64,000 nucleotides of DNA from Dimorphilus gyrociliatus (Eukaryota; Animalia; Annelida). The notes under the pieces were generated by a model. The model saw nothing but the letters and a program-made list of their open reading frames with translations. It made no database searches and was not told where the DNA came from. Each line of letters opens with the position of its first letter. The first letter of the stretch is position 1. Shown here piece by piece: positions 47,740 through 61,962 of the stretch. The stretch covers positions 219,105 to 283,104 of the forward strand of contig CAJFCJ010000031.1 of NCBI GenBank assembly GCA_904063045.1, given 5' to 3'. Position numbers and translations under genes: made by a program.

Positions 47740-48881
47740 AAAGTGCGGATACTGAAAAAAAGCACGTTGCGAACATTTTTCAATTCATAGGCCTAGTTTA
47801 AACAAATATAGACATAAAATTGTTAGAATCTCTCCACTCTTCGTTAAATTAAGCCCATTTAAAATATATTTAGACGGTAGATTACAAAACAGGAGGGTAA
47901 AAATAATATTTAATAACATACATCGGACAAATCGATTACCGGAACAATGGAAAAATAGAGAAGAAAATAATTTCCACAAGTAAGGAATTATAAAAGAAAA
48001 AAACTGGAAGATCATTCTAATATATTCTATAAAAAGGGAATATATATTATAATAAAAGAGAAGAGAAGGGGATAATGTTTGTGTATTTATGTTATCAAAC
48101 CCTTTGCATAATCAATATAAATAAACGCCGATATTTGACGTTGGAAATACATCATTATTAAAGAATTTATCACGCTTTTGATATGAGATATAAAATATCC
48201 TACCCATAAATAAAATATCATATGACGTGGAAAATTGGTATAGTATATTAAACTACATTATTATTACTCTTTAGCAAGGTTAAAAGAGTATTATTCATTA
48301 ATCTAATGTATCATTTAAAGAAAAGCCAATTCCTAATTACTAATGTATTAGTATAAATGTAATTAAAGTATTAAATGAATATTAAACATCTCTGTATAGA
48401 ATTCTATACAATATATTGTAGAATCGTACAAACAAATCGTACAATGCAGACGAGCTTTTTCTTTTTTCCCCCACCCACCACCATATGCTCTTAAACATTG
48501 TTCATACTATAATCCTGCATTAATATTCATAAATTCTTCGGATAACGATTGCGAAATTCCTTGACCTTTAATAATCAATACATATTCTCAAATTTAATTT
48601 TATTTAACATTTTTATATATAAATGATTAAAACTTAATACTATGTTATTTTTAAATTAATTTTTCTCTAAAGGTTTCTTTATTATTTGACTTCTGTAGAC
48701 GATATTCAATAAATAAACGTGAATATATTCATACACCTGTTTAATAAGTATATATCTTCCATTTTCCAATAATAACTAATGATTCTTATTGTATACTAAC
48801 GTCATTAAATACAATTTCATCTTCGAAGTTTTGGAAAATATCATAGTTTACACAGATGACATAACTTTTCTTGGTGCGTCT

Positions 48882-48908
48882 GTATGTGTGTGTGTGTGTG
48901 TGTGTGTT
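48882..48908. repeat. (TG)n microsatellite.
   Basis: GTCTGTATGTGTGTGTGTGTGTGTGTGTGTTTG read directly. Confidence 0.9.
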
Positions 48909-50626
48909 TGAATATTTTTCATAGTTCTTCTAGTCGAAAGTGTAAACAAACTCTATCTGTAGAAGAATATAACATATTGAAAATATATTAAAGCGTATCA
49001 TCAGGTAAGGAAACACAATCTTACTTATAATAGCAACCTCAGAAAAGGGAAGTCGATAATACGTTATAATGAATTCTACCTCAGAGCTATCTAGGCCGAG
49101 TTGGTTTCTTTTTGTAATTCAACGTCATAAATCCACAATAAGAGAGTAACCTCATCTTTTCAATAAATTGCTAATAGTCGTGTATAGCTTATTTAGCATG
49201 AAATAATGAGAAAAAATAATATTTATTATATAAGTTAACTAAAGCAATTAAAAGTAATTTTGTTATTTCTTGAACAAGAAAAACAATCGATTAAAATCCT
49301 TCAGCAAAACTCTTTTATTTGGAAACCGTGTAACTAGCAAAGTTCATCTACATTATGATGCCATCATGGGCTCGAACAGTGACGAACGACAAAAGTTTTT
49401 AAAAGAACAAAATCAAATTCAAAAAGATAATAAATAAATGATAAATAAATCATTCCATTATTCAATTAGCCTAACTGCGTTTAAGCACAATGAGGTAGGC
49501 TGGTGTTAAATTAATTAAATGGGTGTTTCAAAAATATAACATACATATAACATTTGTGAGGCAGAAGATGCTTTAGACAAAAAATTAACTTTTCTGGATA
49601 TTCAGTAAGGAGAAAATACATTAATACATTTTTGGAGTGGAGAATACAAAAAATAGATGCATTTTGAGCAGAAAATGTTCATCAGACATGTGCGAGAACG
49701 ATATAAACCCTTCACCACTTTTTAATTGGATACTTTCCATACAATGTACGGAAATATATCGGTTATTAAAATTTACACGAAAGTATGCAAAATTTTAATA
49801 ACATTAAAAACAAAAACTCAAAAATAAGATAAATAAGCATTCATTCTTAAAGAAATGCATTAACATAAGACGTCTGAGTAAATTTACTCTTAACGAACAT
49901 TTAGATAAATGCACTCTTAATGAAGATTTAAACAAAATAAAATATAAACTCTATTAATTTAACTATTGCAATGTCATTGCTTCCGGAACGCAATTACCGG
50001 ACTATTGTTCTATGTGTTCCAGGGTCCAGGGGCCAAATTCAATTCGCCACGTGGTTTTACTTGTTACAAATTTCGTTGGCATTCTTAAGAAAATGTTCTA
50101 TTAAGTTGTTTATATTTAGCATTAAGCAAACTATTATTTTGCATCTGTAAAATTTCGATCTCTAACGACTTAACAAATTCATCCAGTCCACCGGAACGAA
50201 CATGTTCTAAAATTTAAAAAAAAAATTAATATAATGCATTTATTAATTGTATTTTAAGTATTAAATTAATTTGCAACTTACAATTCCGTCTATAAAGAAG
50301 GCCAAAATTCAGCGCAGGCATGGTTATACAAGGTAATGTTGACGAGATATTATCGCCACGTGATTGTGGTGATAGTGCAACAGGCTTCCGATATTTAAAC
50401 TATTAATCGGTAAAACTTCTAACCGATTTAAAAAACTGGTAGAAGTTCAATTTTGACGATTAATTAATCGAATCGAAAACATTTAACTTTAAGTTACTTT
50501 TTAAACAAAAAACAATTTAAATTTAAAAATATTTAAAAATTTAAATTCAATATATGGAAAATAAATCGATTCTTATTGATTTTCATATCGCAGATTCAAA
50601 AACGTCGTTGACCACTTGATTTTAAT

Positions 50627-50636
50627 GCGCATGCGC
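50627..50636. promoter_or_regulatory. GCGCATGCGC palindrome (NRF1-type site) ~100 bp upstream of the PLK1 ATG. This is the probable PLK1 core promoter.
   Basis: Exact string TTTTAATGCGCATGCGCCAAATCTG at 50621-50645. The PLK1 ATG is at 50739. Confidence 0.45.
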
Positions 50637-50738
50637 CAAATCTGTAAAACGAACTGTGATTGGTTTTACAAGAATTTGTTTTTTTTCGTCATTTTGTCTT
50701 TAGCGCTTAATCGTTCGTAATAACACTGGTAATACACT

Positions 50739-52865
50739 ATGTCTGGATCTGGCAGTGCAGCAGCAGAAATACCTGATATTGTGACTGATCCTAAAAGGCC
50801 GGACCGACGATTCAAAAAAGGAAAATTCTTGGGAAAAGTAACTATTATTTAAAGTACCGGTAATGTTTTGAAATGAAACTATCGTTTTTCTCTTTAAAAG
50901 GGCGGATTCGCAAGATGCTTCGAAATGACCGATTTCTCATCAAATCGGATTTATGCCGGAAAAATTATTCCCAAAACTCTTCTTCAGAAACAACACCAAA
51001 AAGAAAAGGTAGGATTAAACTGAAATGATTAATCAAAGTACTATCATTTCTCCTTACATAGATGAGACAAGAAATAGAAATCCATCGTAACATCTATAAT
51101 AAGAATATCGTCAAATTTTATAGCTCCTTTGATGATGAAAATTTTGTGTATATCCTTCTCGAATTATGCAGCAGACGTGTATGTTTCCAGCAAAAAAATT
51201 AATTCCCTTTCGAATGATCTAATTGATATTATATTTTAGTCGCTTATGGAACTTCACAAAAGGAGAAGAGCTGTTACAGAACCAGAAGCGCGTTACTTTT
51301 TTAAACAGATAACTGAAGCAGTAAAATACCTTCACGATAATAATATTATACATAGAGATTTAAAATTGGGAAATCTATTTTTAAACGATAACATGGATAT
51401 TAAAATTGGTGATTTTGGCCTAGCGACTAGATTTGACGGTGAAAGAAAAATGTTTGTATACATTTTAAAATAAACGACCATTGAACCCATAGTAATTTAA
51501 AATGTCTTTAGGACACTCTGCGGTACACCAAACTACATTGCCCCGGAAGTTCTTTGTAAAACAGGTCACAGCTTCGAAGTGGACGCCTGGTCTATGGGTT
51601 GCATTTTATATACCTTACTTGTTGGGAAACCTCCTTTCGAAACAAGTAACTTGAAGGAGACATACAATCGAATTAAGAAGAATATTTATCAAATTCCAAG
51701 ATCAAAAGTTTCACCCACAGCCACCTTATTAATTCAGAAATTACTTAATAGTGACCCCTTGAAACGACCTTCTATGGGTGATGTGTTAGTTGATCCTTTT
51801 TTCGAAGCCGGTTACATGCCTTTGGGTCTACCAATAAGCTGCTTAACAATGACTCCAAGATTCGATCAACTAGCAGAAAGAAAGCCCATGTCGAATGCTT
51901 TGGCAAAATCAATAAAGGTTGGTGCGACTGAAGAGAAACTTCCAAAGGTAGAGCAAGTTGCGCAATCAGACTCAGTTGATTATCTTCAAGAGTTGTATGC
52001 AGCTCTAACAAATCTTACAAATATGACAAATTTTAAAGATGGAGGCATTAATGGAAATTACGGTACGTAAATCCGTAGAGAACAATGCAATAAAAAGTAA
52101 ATATGAACTTGTTTTCTTACAGAGGACAGTGAAGATCCTGCAGCTGTTCCGATCTACTGGGTTAGTAAATGGGTAGATTACTCTGATAAATATGGACTTG
52201 GGTATCAATTATGCGACAACAGTGTTGGTGTATTGTTCAATGATTCTTCCCGCTTGATTTTAGCTGGAAATGGAGAGTGAGTATATGTTAAATAAGAAAC
52301 TTTCTCTTTTCTCCCTTTCCAATTGTAGGATGCTCACTAAACACATACTATTTAATCTTTAGGAATATGCAGTACATCGAACGAACTGGCCAAGAACATT
52401 TTCACACACTTAAATGTTATCCTGAAAATTTGCAAAAGAAAATGACGCTTTTGCGTTATTTTAGGAATTATATGACTGAGCATCTCCTTAAAGCTGGCCC
52501 AAGTCAGATACCAAGAGAAGGTGATGAAATGACAAGATTACCTTTCATGAAATCGTGGTTTCGCACAAGAAGTGCTATGGTCCTTCAATTAAGCAATGGA
52601 ACCGTTCAGGTATATTTCCATAAGTGAACGCTAATCTCATCTAATATATGTTGTTTTATTTGCATAGGTAAATTTCTTTCAAGATCATACCAAGGTGATA
52701 ATTTGTCCAATCATGCAAGCCGTTTCGTTCATCGATGACAAAAGAAATTTCCGCACATTTAGATTCACTTTAATTGAACAATTTGGCTGCCCTAAGGACT
52801 TGTTATCACGACTGAAGTATGCCAGAGCTATGCTAGAGAATCTAGGAAATCCATCTTCACGATAA
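50739..52865 (+). CDS. PLK1: Polo-like kinase 1 (PLK1/polo), about 600 aa. Eight exons: 50739-50837, 50901-51008, 51062-51178, 51240-51451, 51512-52062, 52123-52276, 52363-52609, 52668-52865 (stop TAA 52863-52865).
   Basis: The kinase domain has [129 protein letters not shown]. The polo boxes have [125 protein letters not shown]. It is near-collinear with human PLK1 from memory. All introns are GT-AG, 53-85 bp. Confidence 0.95.
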
Positions 52866-53270
52866 GGAGAATCATATCATAACCTGTAATTAAACTTGTG
52901 TAAAACGCTTGTATCTTATATTTTTTTATACATAATTAGTTTTTGATAGGATAATCATAAACTTGAACGAAGTTGTATACGAAAGTTACTGTTAATATTA
53001 TTATATAATAATATGCCAAAGAGAGTAACAAGTCTTTTATCGCGATTATGTTATTTGTTCTTATTTAATCTTCTAAATCTAACTCTTATATCTTTTGAAA
53101 GTTTAAACAAGAAACGAATTATAGGGCTATGTACCAAATGACCTTTTCAATAAATATGGGAACTAGACACTTATAAATCTTATGTTAATGTCGAAAATAA
53201 TAAACGAGTTTTTAATATTAAATGGATTAATTTAATCAGGATTATAAATAGACAATTAAAAATTATTAAT

Positions 53271-53285
53271 CGCCGCCAGATGGCG
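53271..53285. promoter_or_regulatory. CGCCGCCAGATGGCG motif (E-box CAGATG flanked by CGCC/GGCG) ~140 bp upstream of the CKAP5 ATG.
   Basis: Exact string ATCGCCGCCAGATGGCGTCTATG. A near-identical AACCGCCAGATGGCTGAAC occurs at 63115-63133. Confidence 0.35.
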
Positions 53286-53422
53286 TCTATGAAGACTGTT
53301 TAAAATACAGCTGTTTTATTTCCGGTTCCGCTAAGCTGAAAACGGTCTTATAGTTGAGAAGCTAGCGATTTTTACCAATTTTTCTGTATTAACGTCAGTT
53401 GTTTTTATTTTAAATCTTCAGC

Positions 53423-56400
53423 ATGAGTAGTGATAAACAAGAAGACGAATCATGGAAAAAATTACCGCCCGAAGAAAAAGTGAAGCAATCGGTTTGTCTT
53501 TTAAATAATTTTGCAGCCGTTAAAACTATTTTTCAAAATAATTTCTGAGTCATTTCTGAGTAAAATGTTAATTACATTATACTACATTACACTATGTGAT
53601 AAATAACAATATATTTCTACCGTTTTTCAATTGGTAAGCTTGATAAAGCTATAATATATTCTAATGGTGACAGAATTGGAGAGCTCGTGTGGAAGGGTAT
53701 CAAGAAGCTTCAAAACTATTCGAAAGAGAAGATGAAAAAAGTCCTGTATTTGATAAATATTTAGGTGTTGCCAAAAAATTTATCATCGACTCCAATGCTC
53801 CTGCTCAAGAAAAGGGTGTTGAAGCTATGCAAAATTTTGTCAGAAATGCTGCTGTTGCTCGCAAGTCTGTTTATTTTTATTACCATGTAATAATAATAAA
53901 TCGAATATAAAACATTCGTTTTTTATTTATTGTAGAACGGCTGGTGAATGTGTAAATGCTGTTGTGACAAAATGCTTTAATGCACGCCAAAAAACAAAAG
54001 AAATGGGTATCGAATTGTTAATGTTATACATAGAAATTGAAAAGCAAGAAACTGTTATAGAAGAACTACTTAAAGGATGCTCAAACAAACAAGATAAGAT
54101 AGTCAGAGCCAGTATATATACTATTAAGGAAGCAATGCGACAGTTTGGCCCCAAAATTATTAGCCCTAAACCTATTGTAAAACTTTTACCTAGCCTTTTG
54201 GAAGCTAAAGATTCTGTAGCTCGTGAAGAAGCTAAAGATTTAGCTGTTGTTATATATCATTGGTTAGGAGACCCTGCTCTTAAGTCGACGTTAGCAGCAG
54301 TGAAACCTCTCCTGCAAAACGAATTACAAAGTCTTTTTGAAGAAGTTAAAACTACCAAACCACAAAAATTAAGGTTTTTAAAATCTGAACAAGACAAAAT
54401 TGAAAGAGCTCCCCAAGGTGAGGGATCTCAGGATGCCACAGCAGAAGTTCAAGTTGAAGAAGAAATCGATCCGTTAGCCTTTATTAATCCTGTCGACATT
54501 TCAAAAGACATACCAAAAGATTGGTCGGATCAAATTGTAAGTGATGTTTATTTCGGTGTAATTTTAGTAAAGATAAACTAGTGACCAATTGATCAAAACC
54601 TAAAAGGTCTCGAAAAAGTGGAGTGATCGTAAAGAAGTAATTGAGAAAATTTCAAGCCTTGTTGAAGTAAATCCGAAATTAGAATACAACGATATTTATA
54701 AAGATATTGTACCAGCTTTGAAAAAAGTAAAAGAATACTTCTATTTGTTTTAGAAATTCTTTTATTGATTTATTTTCTCTTTCTTTTTATAGGTTTTAAG
54801 CAAAGATGTTAATGTCATGTGCGTTACGGCAGCAGCTAAATGCCTAGGGCTAATTGCCAATGGATTGGGGAAAAAATTTGGTATTTTTGTTCAAATGGTA
54901 ATCTAATATATTTTAAATAAGAGTTTTATTTAAATAAAATGAATGTATTATTTAAAGCTGTTAGATGCAATCCTTGATAAATTTAAAGAAAAGAAATCTG
55001 CTGTTGTAACTGAGCTACGTACGGCCATTGACGCTGTCGCTAAAAGTGTATGTGTTAATTTTTATATTTTTTATTTGTTGACTATTTTAACATTTTTTTT
55101 TAATTATAAATATTTCAGACTACTCTTGATTCAATGAGCGAGACTTGTCTAAGTCATCTACGTCATAAAAATCCCGATATTCGTATGCAAACTTCAGCTT
55201 TTCTCGCAAGGTTTATTATATTTTATCTATTTTTTTTTTATTGTCTACAGTTTCTTTACATACTCTTTTAATAAAATTATTCTGTTTTTAAATAATAGGT
55301 TTTTTCTCCGAACGAGTAAGTCCTCTTTGCCAAAAAAACTTTTAAAAAGCTACGTTGAAGCTTTATCTGCTGTAAGTAATTAGAGTTGTTATATATTTTA
55401 AATATTAATAGTTGTTCTATGTTAAACATAGAATCTTAATGATACCGTTGAAATAAGAGAAGCGACTTACGAAGCGTTAGGAAATTGTATGAAAATTGTA
55501 GGTGAAAAGGCGGTTGAAATATTTATTGGTGACAATGTAGAAGAAATTAAAAAGGAAAAGGTAGATATATTTAATTTTATTTTTAAATACGTAATTCCGT
55601 TGATTTTTCGTTTGTGTTTTTTTTATTCTAATCATTAAAGATTAGAGAATACAGTAACAAGACTATCGTCGCTAAAACGGATGGTGGAGCAAAAAATGGA
55701 GCAAAAGAGGGTTCGTCTGGATCGGCCCCCCCTGCACCTACCCAATCAATTGCAGGTCCAAAGAAAGTTCCAATGAAGGGAACTAGAACTGCAGTAAAAT
55801 CATCTGGTAACCTTGGTAAAAAAACTGATGCAAAACGTACTGCTAAAAAAGTATCATCCGAACAGGTATATACATACTGTATATATACATGTATATATAT
55901 ATAATATAACATATAAAATTTGTTTTATATTTTTTCTCTATATTTTAAATTAATTACAATTTAAATTATTACTTGCAGGAAAATTCAGAACAGGCAAATA
56001 GCTTTTTTTTATATATATATTTTGTCGCTTAATTTTTACCAATTTAAAAAAAATAACCAGCTTGTGTCCTTCTAACTGAATGTGATCCTCCTGTGTATTT
56101 AGTTCTGTTTTAAACAATTCTTTAAAAAATACTACAATAACATAGATATTTTCTATGTAAATTTGTAATTTTATTTTTTAACAAACAAAATAGAAAATTT
56201 TAACATAGTTTGTTTTGTAAAAATTTTCATTTTGTTTTTTTTTTAATTTATTTTACTTTGTTAAATATTTGATTTGGAAATAAAATTTTTACATTCAATT
56301 CTCAAAACAGAAAGAAACATCGAGTGGTTTTGAAGAGAGAGTACTATCTGTAAGTTTAATTGATTTTTACTGTATTTAATATAATAGAGTTAATTTGAAA

Positions 56401-59400
56401 AGGTTTTTTTTTATATTATAGGATGCAGATGTTGAATCGTTGGTTGCAGCTTTCCTTCCGGGTGATACCGTTTCAAATTTTGCCGCTCAGAAATATTCTG
56501 ATCGTCAAGGTGTTGTAGAAGATCTTATAGAAGTACGTAATGGAACAGTTAATAATGTATAATTTATAATTTTTTACATTTTCGTTGCATTATTATAGAA
56601 AATAGGCAAAAGCTGTCGTGAAGATATACCTTGTCAAGCTATTATAAACGTTTTGGCACGTAAGCCAGGAATGCAGGATTGCAATCATTTGGTAATGATA
56701 TTGTTTTATTTAGCAGTGGAAATGTTTCTAATTTAGAAAATTTTTTTCGAAATTATTAGGTTATGAAATCTAAATTAAAACTAATTGAAGAGCTGGCCGT
56801 AAATGCTAATTTCTCAAAACTCTCCTGCGATTTGGTGCTAGATGGAGTAATTGATCAGTTAAGTCATCCAAAAAATAATCAACTTTCAAAAGAAGTTTTG
56901 TACGCCATGGCAGACACATTGGGTTTCAATAATATTTCAACACAAGTAAGTTTATTCATGGTTTTCATTTTGTTCAATGTGGCTTTTTCCAAGTGTTTTT
57001 TTTTTAATTGACCAAATTTCTCTCTTTTAGATTGCTGAACAATGTTTAAAAGCCAAAAACCCAACAAAGAAAGCAGAAGGCTTAAATTGCTTAAACAATG
57101 GATTGGAATTATATGGTATTAAAAGTGTACAAATTCAAACTGTTATCGATTTTGTTAAAAATTCATTTCAACACAGTAATGTAGTATGTATACTTATTAT
57201 ATTTTGTCTATCTACCAGCTTTAAGAATGAAATTGATAATCGTCTGTATTTTGTGACTTTCAGAATGTAAGGCAAGCCGCTTACGAACTGACCGCTACCC
57301 TTTTATTGTATACCGACGATGTCGCAAATTGTTATTTTCAAGCTGAACAGGATAGAGTCAAAACTGAAATAAAAAACATTCGAGAAAAACAAAAAGATCG
57401 AAAAAAATTACCTCCTAGTCGAGGTAAATTATCAGCTGCTGCTAAAGGTACTACATCTGGAAACGATAAAAATGGTGCTGCAAATCAAGAGGATGAGGAG
57501 GATGAAGATCCTATTGAAATGAATGTTCCCAGAGTTGATATAAGCGCCAACTTTACCGATGAATTTATGCAAAAATTATCACATCAAGCTTGGAAGGAAA
57601 AAAATGCTGCACTTGATACACTCATAACCATTCTGAAAGCGAATGCATTTATAAAACCAACTATTGGTGACCTATGCAATATTCTCAATCAGAGATTAAA
57701 GGAATCTAACAAAAACCTGGTGGCAAAAGTAATGGACATTATTCTCATGTTAATAACTGCTCTCGGCCCTGGTGTTAAAGACTATGGAAGAATGTGGGCA
57801 TTAAATATCTTATTAAATTTTGGTGATAAAAAAGCTCAGTTAAGGTCAACTGCCTTAAAGGCTATAGATGGTATTACGAACTATACAAAAATTAATATGA
57901 TTTTCGAAAATGAAATTATTTTTGATGCTTTGAAACCTGAAAATCCTATGTTGAAGACAGAAATATTAAAATGGTTAACTGTAAAGTTAACTGATTGCAA
58001 GAGGCCGCCTGTTGCTGAATTAAAATTAATTATTCCAATTGTCTACTCCTGTTTAGAAGATAGAAATGTAGATGTTCGACAAGCTGCAAATGGAATTTTA
58101 GCACCACTAATCAGAATTGTTGGATTTGACTCATTAAAAAGAGCTGCTTCTAAAGTGTCCAAAGCCTCGCAACAAAATATTTTAACAATTATACAAAAGG
58201 CTAAGGATAATCTACCAGCCATTTCAAAACCAGCTTCAGCTCCAGTTCAAACTACCAAAGTTGAGGAGAAACAAGAATCTTCCAAGCCTTCCAATGCTTC
58301 CGATTCCTCAAAAACAACGAAACCTAAAGAACCGACAGAGGAAATATCAGAAAAATCTTCCAAATCTAAGTTAGCTAAATCTAAAGTTCCAGCTCCAAAA
58401 GCTAAACCTGCAGCGAAGGAAACTACAACGGAACCTGTCACTCACCTGAAAGAAAATGCTGAAAAATCTGTCAGAATAAAGATGGAAAAAGACCGAAAGG
58501 TAAAAACCATTAATTATAAATAAAACATTCGATAATTACTAAAAATAAATTTTCTTTTCTTCATAGACGCTTAGATGGGACTTTTCAGGAAATAAGACCG
58601 AATATATAAGACAACTAAAAACTCAAATGGAGGGATCATTCAGCAGAGAATTTATTGATATACTCTTCCACGCAACAGATTTTAAAGTTTACGTAAAAGG
58701 AATTGAAATGTTATATAAGGTAGGAAACATGTTCTATTCTTAAACTGGGTGAGAACATTCGATTAAAATTGGAAAAAAACAAATACTTATTTTAGTGCTT
58801 AACGGAAGAACCGTTATCTCTGACTTTATCGAATCTTGACTTGATTTTACGCTATTTTACTATACGCTTCCAAGAAAATAATACAACCGTCTTGATAAAG
58901 ATTTTTGACTATTGTGATGTAAGTACTAGATTGAAATTGGTGTTTTATACATTAAACTATATTACCTTTGTGTTTTAGAAACTCTTTGCCGAACTGCTTA
59001 ATTCCAACTACGTTCTACTTGAATACGAAGCTTACAGCTTTCTACCTTTCCTTATTCTCAAAGTAATTAACACTTTTGTTATTAATCTATATTTAAATAT
59101 GAATTTTTTTAGATTGGAGATACTAAAGAAAATATTAAACGAGCTGCAAAGTCTTTAGTACAACAATCGGCTAAAATGTATTCGCCTTTTAATATATGCA
59201 AATTCGTTGTTGATGGTTTAACTTCGAAAAATTTAAAATTTAGAGCTGGTAACGTTTTCCCTTTATTAATTGTATTAAAAACAATTCGTAATTGATCTTT
59301 TAATTTAATTTTACAAAATAAGAATGCATCGATCAAATTGGTATGCTGATACAAGAGAATGGAATGCAAGTGTGCTATCCGAATGAAAAAACTCTAATGA

Positions 59401-61962
59401 AGAGTATAGCTGAGCAGATTGCATTGAAAGATCATGCAATTAGGGAATATTCCTTAAACGCTCTAGTTATAGCCGTACAATATAAGGGAAAAGATGCGAT
59501 CATGAAACACCTTAATTACGTTAGTAAAGTTGTTAAAAATATAATATCTATCTCTATTGAAATAATCGATATATATTTAGCAGATATATATTATTTCTTA
59601 CTAATTACTTTTTTAAACAAAAATCATAGAAAAAGCAGACACAGGTTTATCTATACTTTTTAAAGGCTTCCTTATTTTTTAGATTTAGATTTAACCAAAC
59701 TTTTATTTTTATTTATTTTTTTTATTTAAAACTGTCTATTTGTAACGAAAACTAATTATATTTTTTTTCGACAGCTCCCACAAGCTACAATCTCAATGAT
59801 TGAAGAACGTTTTAAAAGAACAACAATAATGTAAACAATTGATTTTTTATTATTATTTAATTATTTTTACCCGTAGATAGTTAATTTGATTTTTAAAAAT
59901 ATCGATAAATATTAATTTTTTCAATTAGGCCTAAGACTGAAGTTAGACCTCAATCGCCTAAAAGACAGAATAGGACTCCTTCTCCGAAACCGAAATCTAG
60001 ACAGGTTAATTCGGCTTTGGAACAAATGAAAATAGTATCACAGTCACAATCTTCTCCCTCAACTAATAAACAACGTGTCAGTTCACCTGAACGATCACCA
60101 ATGGGTAATTTACAAAGGCCAGCTACCTCACCAGCCTCTTATAAAGAAAATACTAGTCCTGTCAAGAGGAAATCTGATGCGAACGACAGAGAAAACTTTT
60201 ATCTACAAATGAAAATTGAGGATAATATGAAATACGTTGCAAAGGAAACCCCTAAAATACCATCTCGATCAGCCCCCATTGAGCAAGCACTAAAGAAAAA
60301 AGAGAGAAATGCCATATTCTCTCTTACTGAAGTTGGTCTATATTTATCTAAGCGTATTGACAAACTAGACATAACAGATATCACGAAAACAAACGAAAAT
60401 CTCAAAGAGGTTTGCATGATTTTAGTTTATCCTTTTCTTTTTGTAAAAATTATTCACATTGTCAACAGATTGCTGCAACTGTCGAGGCCGTCGGAAATAA
60501 TGATATGCAGACCGTTTACAGAAGGCTAGCTCCTTGCCTTATTGCGGCTACAGGTTCCGATTTTGATCGGGCCGCCAAAAAGGTTATAAGTGGAACCGAT
60601 AAACCGACGGTTCGATCGCCCTATCTCGACTACTGCCAATATCTTATTGCAATTTTTGATGAGATATTGACTTATAATGACATTTTAAAGAATATCGAGA
60701 AGAAAGAGCTTAGAATCATCGTCAGGCCTTGTTTAGAAATATTAGGTCTATCTAGTAGGGTAAAAACGGATAGCGTTAAATCTCTTGTTCGTCTTACGCA
60801 GTATTTACTCACAAGCCTGCTTACTAGTTCCGATATCGAAATATTTTTACGGTACGAAAATTACCTCTTTACAATAATAATGTTCAATTAGAGAAATTAC
60901 TCTTATATCTATTATTATTCCACACAGTATTATCTATGATTGGGTAAGTTTTAAAATAAAAGAAGATTATCTCCCCGACTCTGGTGTAGGTCCAGTTCAA
61001 CCAGTGTTCAAGGTAACAAGGATTTTCTATTTTGTTTATCATTAGACTTTTTAATAACTTTCTCCTTGAAATTGTAGTTCCTGGCTAACTCCCTTAGTAA
61101 AAATAAATCCAGTGGCTTAAAAATATACAAATTGGACGCTTTTGTATCGTTAATGGCTGAACTTCAAAAACTGGCTCATGAATTACCTGAAAGTCTTGCA
61201 GGAAAGCAAAATGCTATTATTGAACATTTCCTACATATTGCATATATTCAACACGGTCCAGCTCTTTTGCAAGAAGCCGAGTTGTGCTTATCGAAAGATC
61301 ATGAAATTATTTTAAAAATAGTTGAAGCTAAAGCGTCCCCAGCGTCTTCTGTAAGATTTTCTCTTAATCTATTTTTAAAAAAAATAACAAATAACATCTA
61401 TTTCTTTCGCATAGCCGAGCGATATAAAGAAGCAATTAGCGAAAATCTTTAAAATGTTTTCGAACAAAGAGACGATGGACGACGCAGCGAGAGAATTACT
61501 GAGGTGGACGGATAGAAATCCAGGCGTTGACATCTGGAAATATACTGAAGGGCCTGACGAACAGTTTAAAAGATTTATAGATCAGAAATTGGCTAGGTTA
61601 AAATTGGAAACAAGAAGTTCAAGACCGAATAAGAAGCTTAGTTGTCACACTTTACCGCCAAAACATCAAAAGAATCCTCACTATAAAATGCAACGTCTTC
61701 TAATGTTAAAAAAACGTATAGATGACGTCATCGATAGAGACGGTGTTATAAAGACTAGCAGCTGTAAGTAAAGTTAATTTTGTAAATGTCTAATAGCACA
61801 CATTTTCACTATTGAATAATACTTGTATATTTTGTTTTTTATTCTATAGCTGACCGATACGTTGATCAATCCAACTCATCCAATTCCGATTCGACCGATA
61901 AATTGGCATCGGATCAACAAAATGATATTTATAAACATGATAAAGTAGATCTATTAGCATGA
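53423..61962 (+). CDS. CKAP5: CKAP5/ch-TOG/XMAP215 (Msps) microtubule polymerase with five TOG-domain regions. At least 28 exons. Derived boundaries: 53423-53491, 53674-53864, 53936-54536, 54607-54726, 54793-54897, 54958-55047, 55119-55210, 55299-55371, 55432-55560, 55641-55865, 56311-56349, 56422-56532, 56599-56691, 56760-56945, 57031-57183, 57264-58499, 58567-58719, 58796-58918, 58979-59062, 59113-59248, 59323-59519, 59775-59830, 59929-60409, 60469-60851, 60928-60943, 61078-61350, 61415-61763, 61850-61962 (stop TGA). Additional micro-exons between 55866 and 56310 are possible.
   Basis: TOG1 reads NWRARVEGYQEASKLFEREDEKSPVFDKYLGVAKKFIIDSNAPAQEKGVEAMQNFVRNAAVARKTAGECVNAVVTKCFNARQKTKEMGIELLMLYIEIEKQETVIEELLKGCSNKQDKIV...LLPSLLEAKDSVAREEAKDL. 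Human ch-TOG has [82 protein letters not shown]...ELLKGLDNKNPKII. TOG2 has [67 protein letters not shown], matching [56 protein letters not shown]. There is a Ser/Lys-rich linker and further TOG-like HEAT blocks (NVNVRQAAYELTATLLLY matches NPAVRTAAITLLGVMYLY; LKWLTVKL..PPVAELKLIIPIVYSCLEDRNVDVRQAA matches LLGWLAEKLPTLRS..VPHLYSCLEDRNGDVRKKA). The C-terminal region has MIEERFKRT matching MLEERIKRS and IFLRIIYDW matching MQLRLIYNTH. Confidence 0.9.

Noticed and set aside
57306-57308. ORF-track start codons reported as 'M' at 57306, 44672, 53689, 53964, 41958 and 40619 that are actually TTG/GTG codons.
   Set aside because: The ORF tool translates alternative starts as Met. These positions are internal to exons of CKAP5, eIF4G, BAZ and others, and are not true initiation sites.
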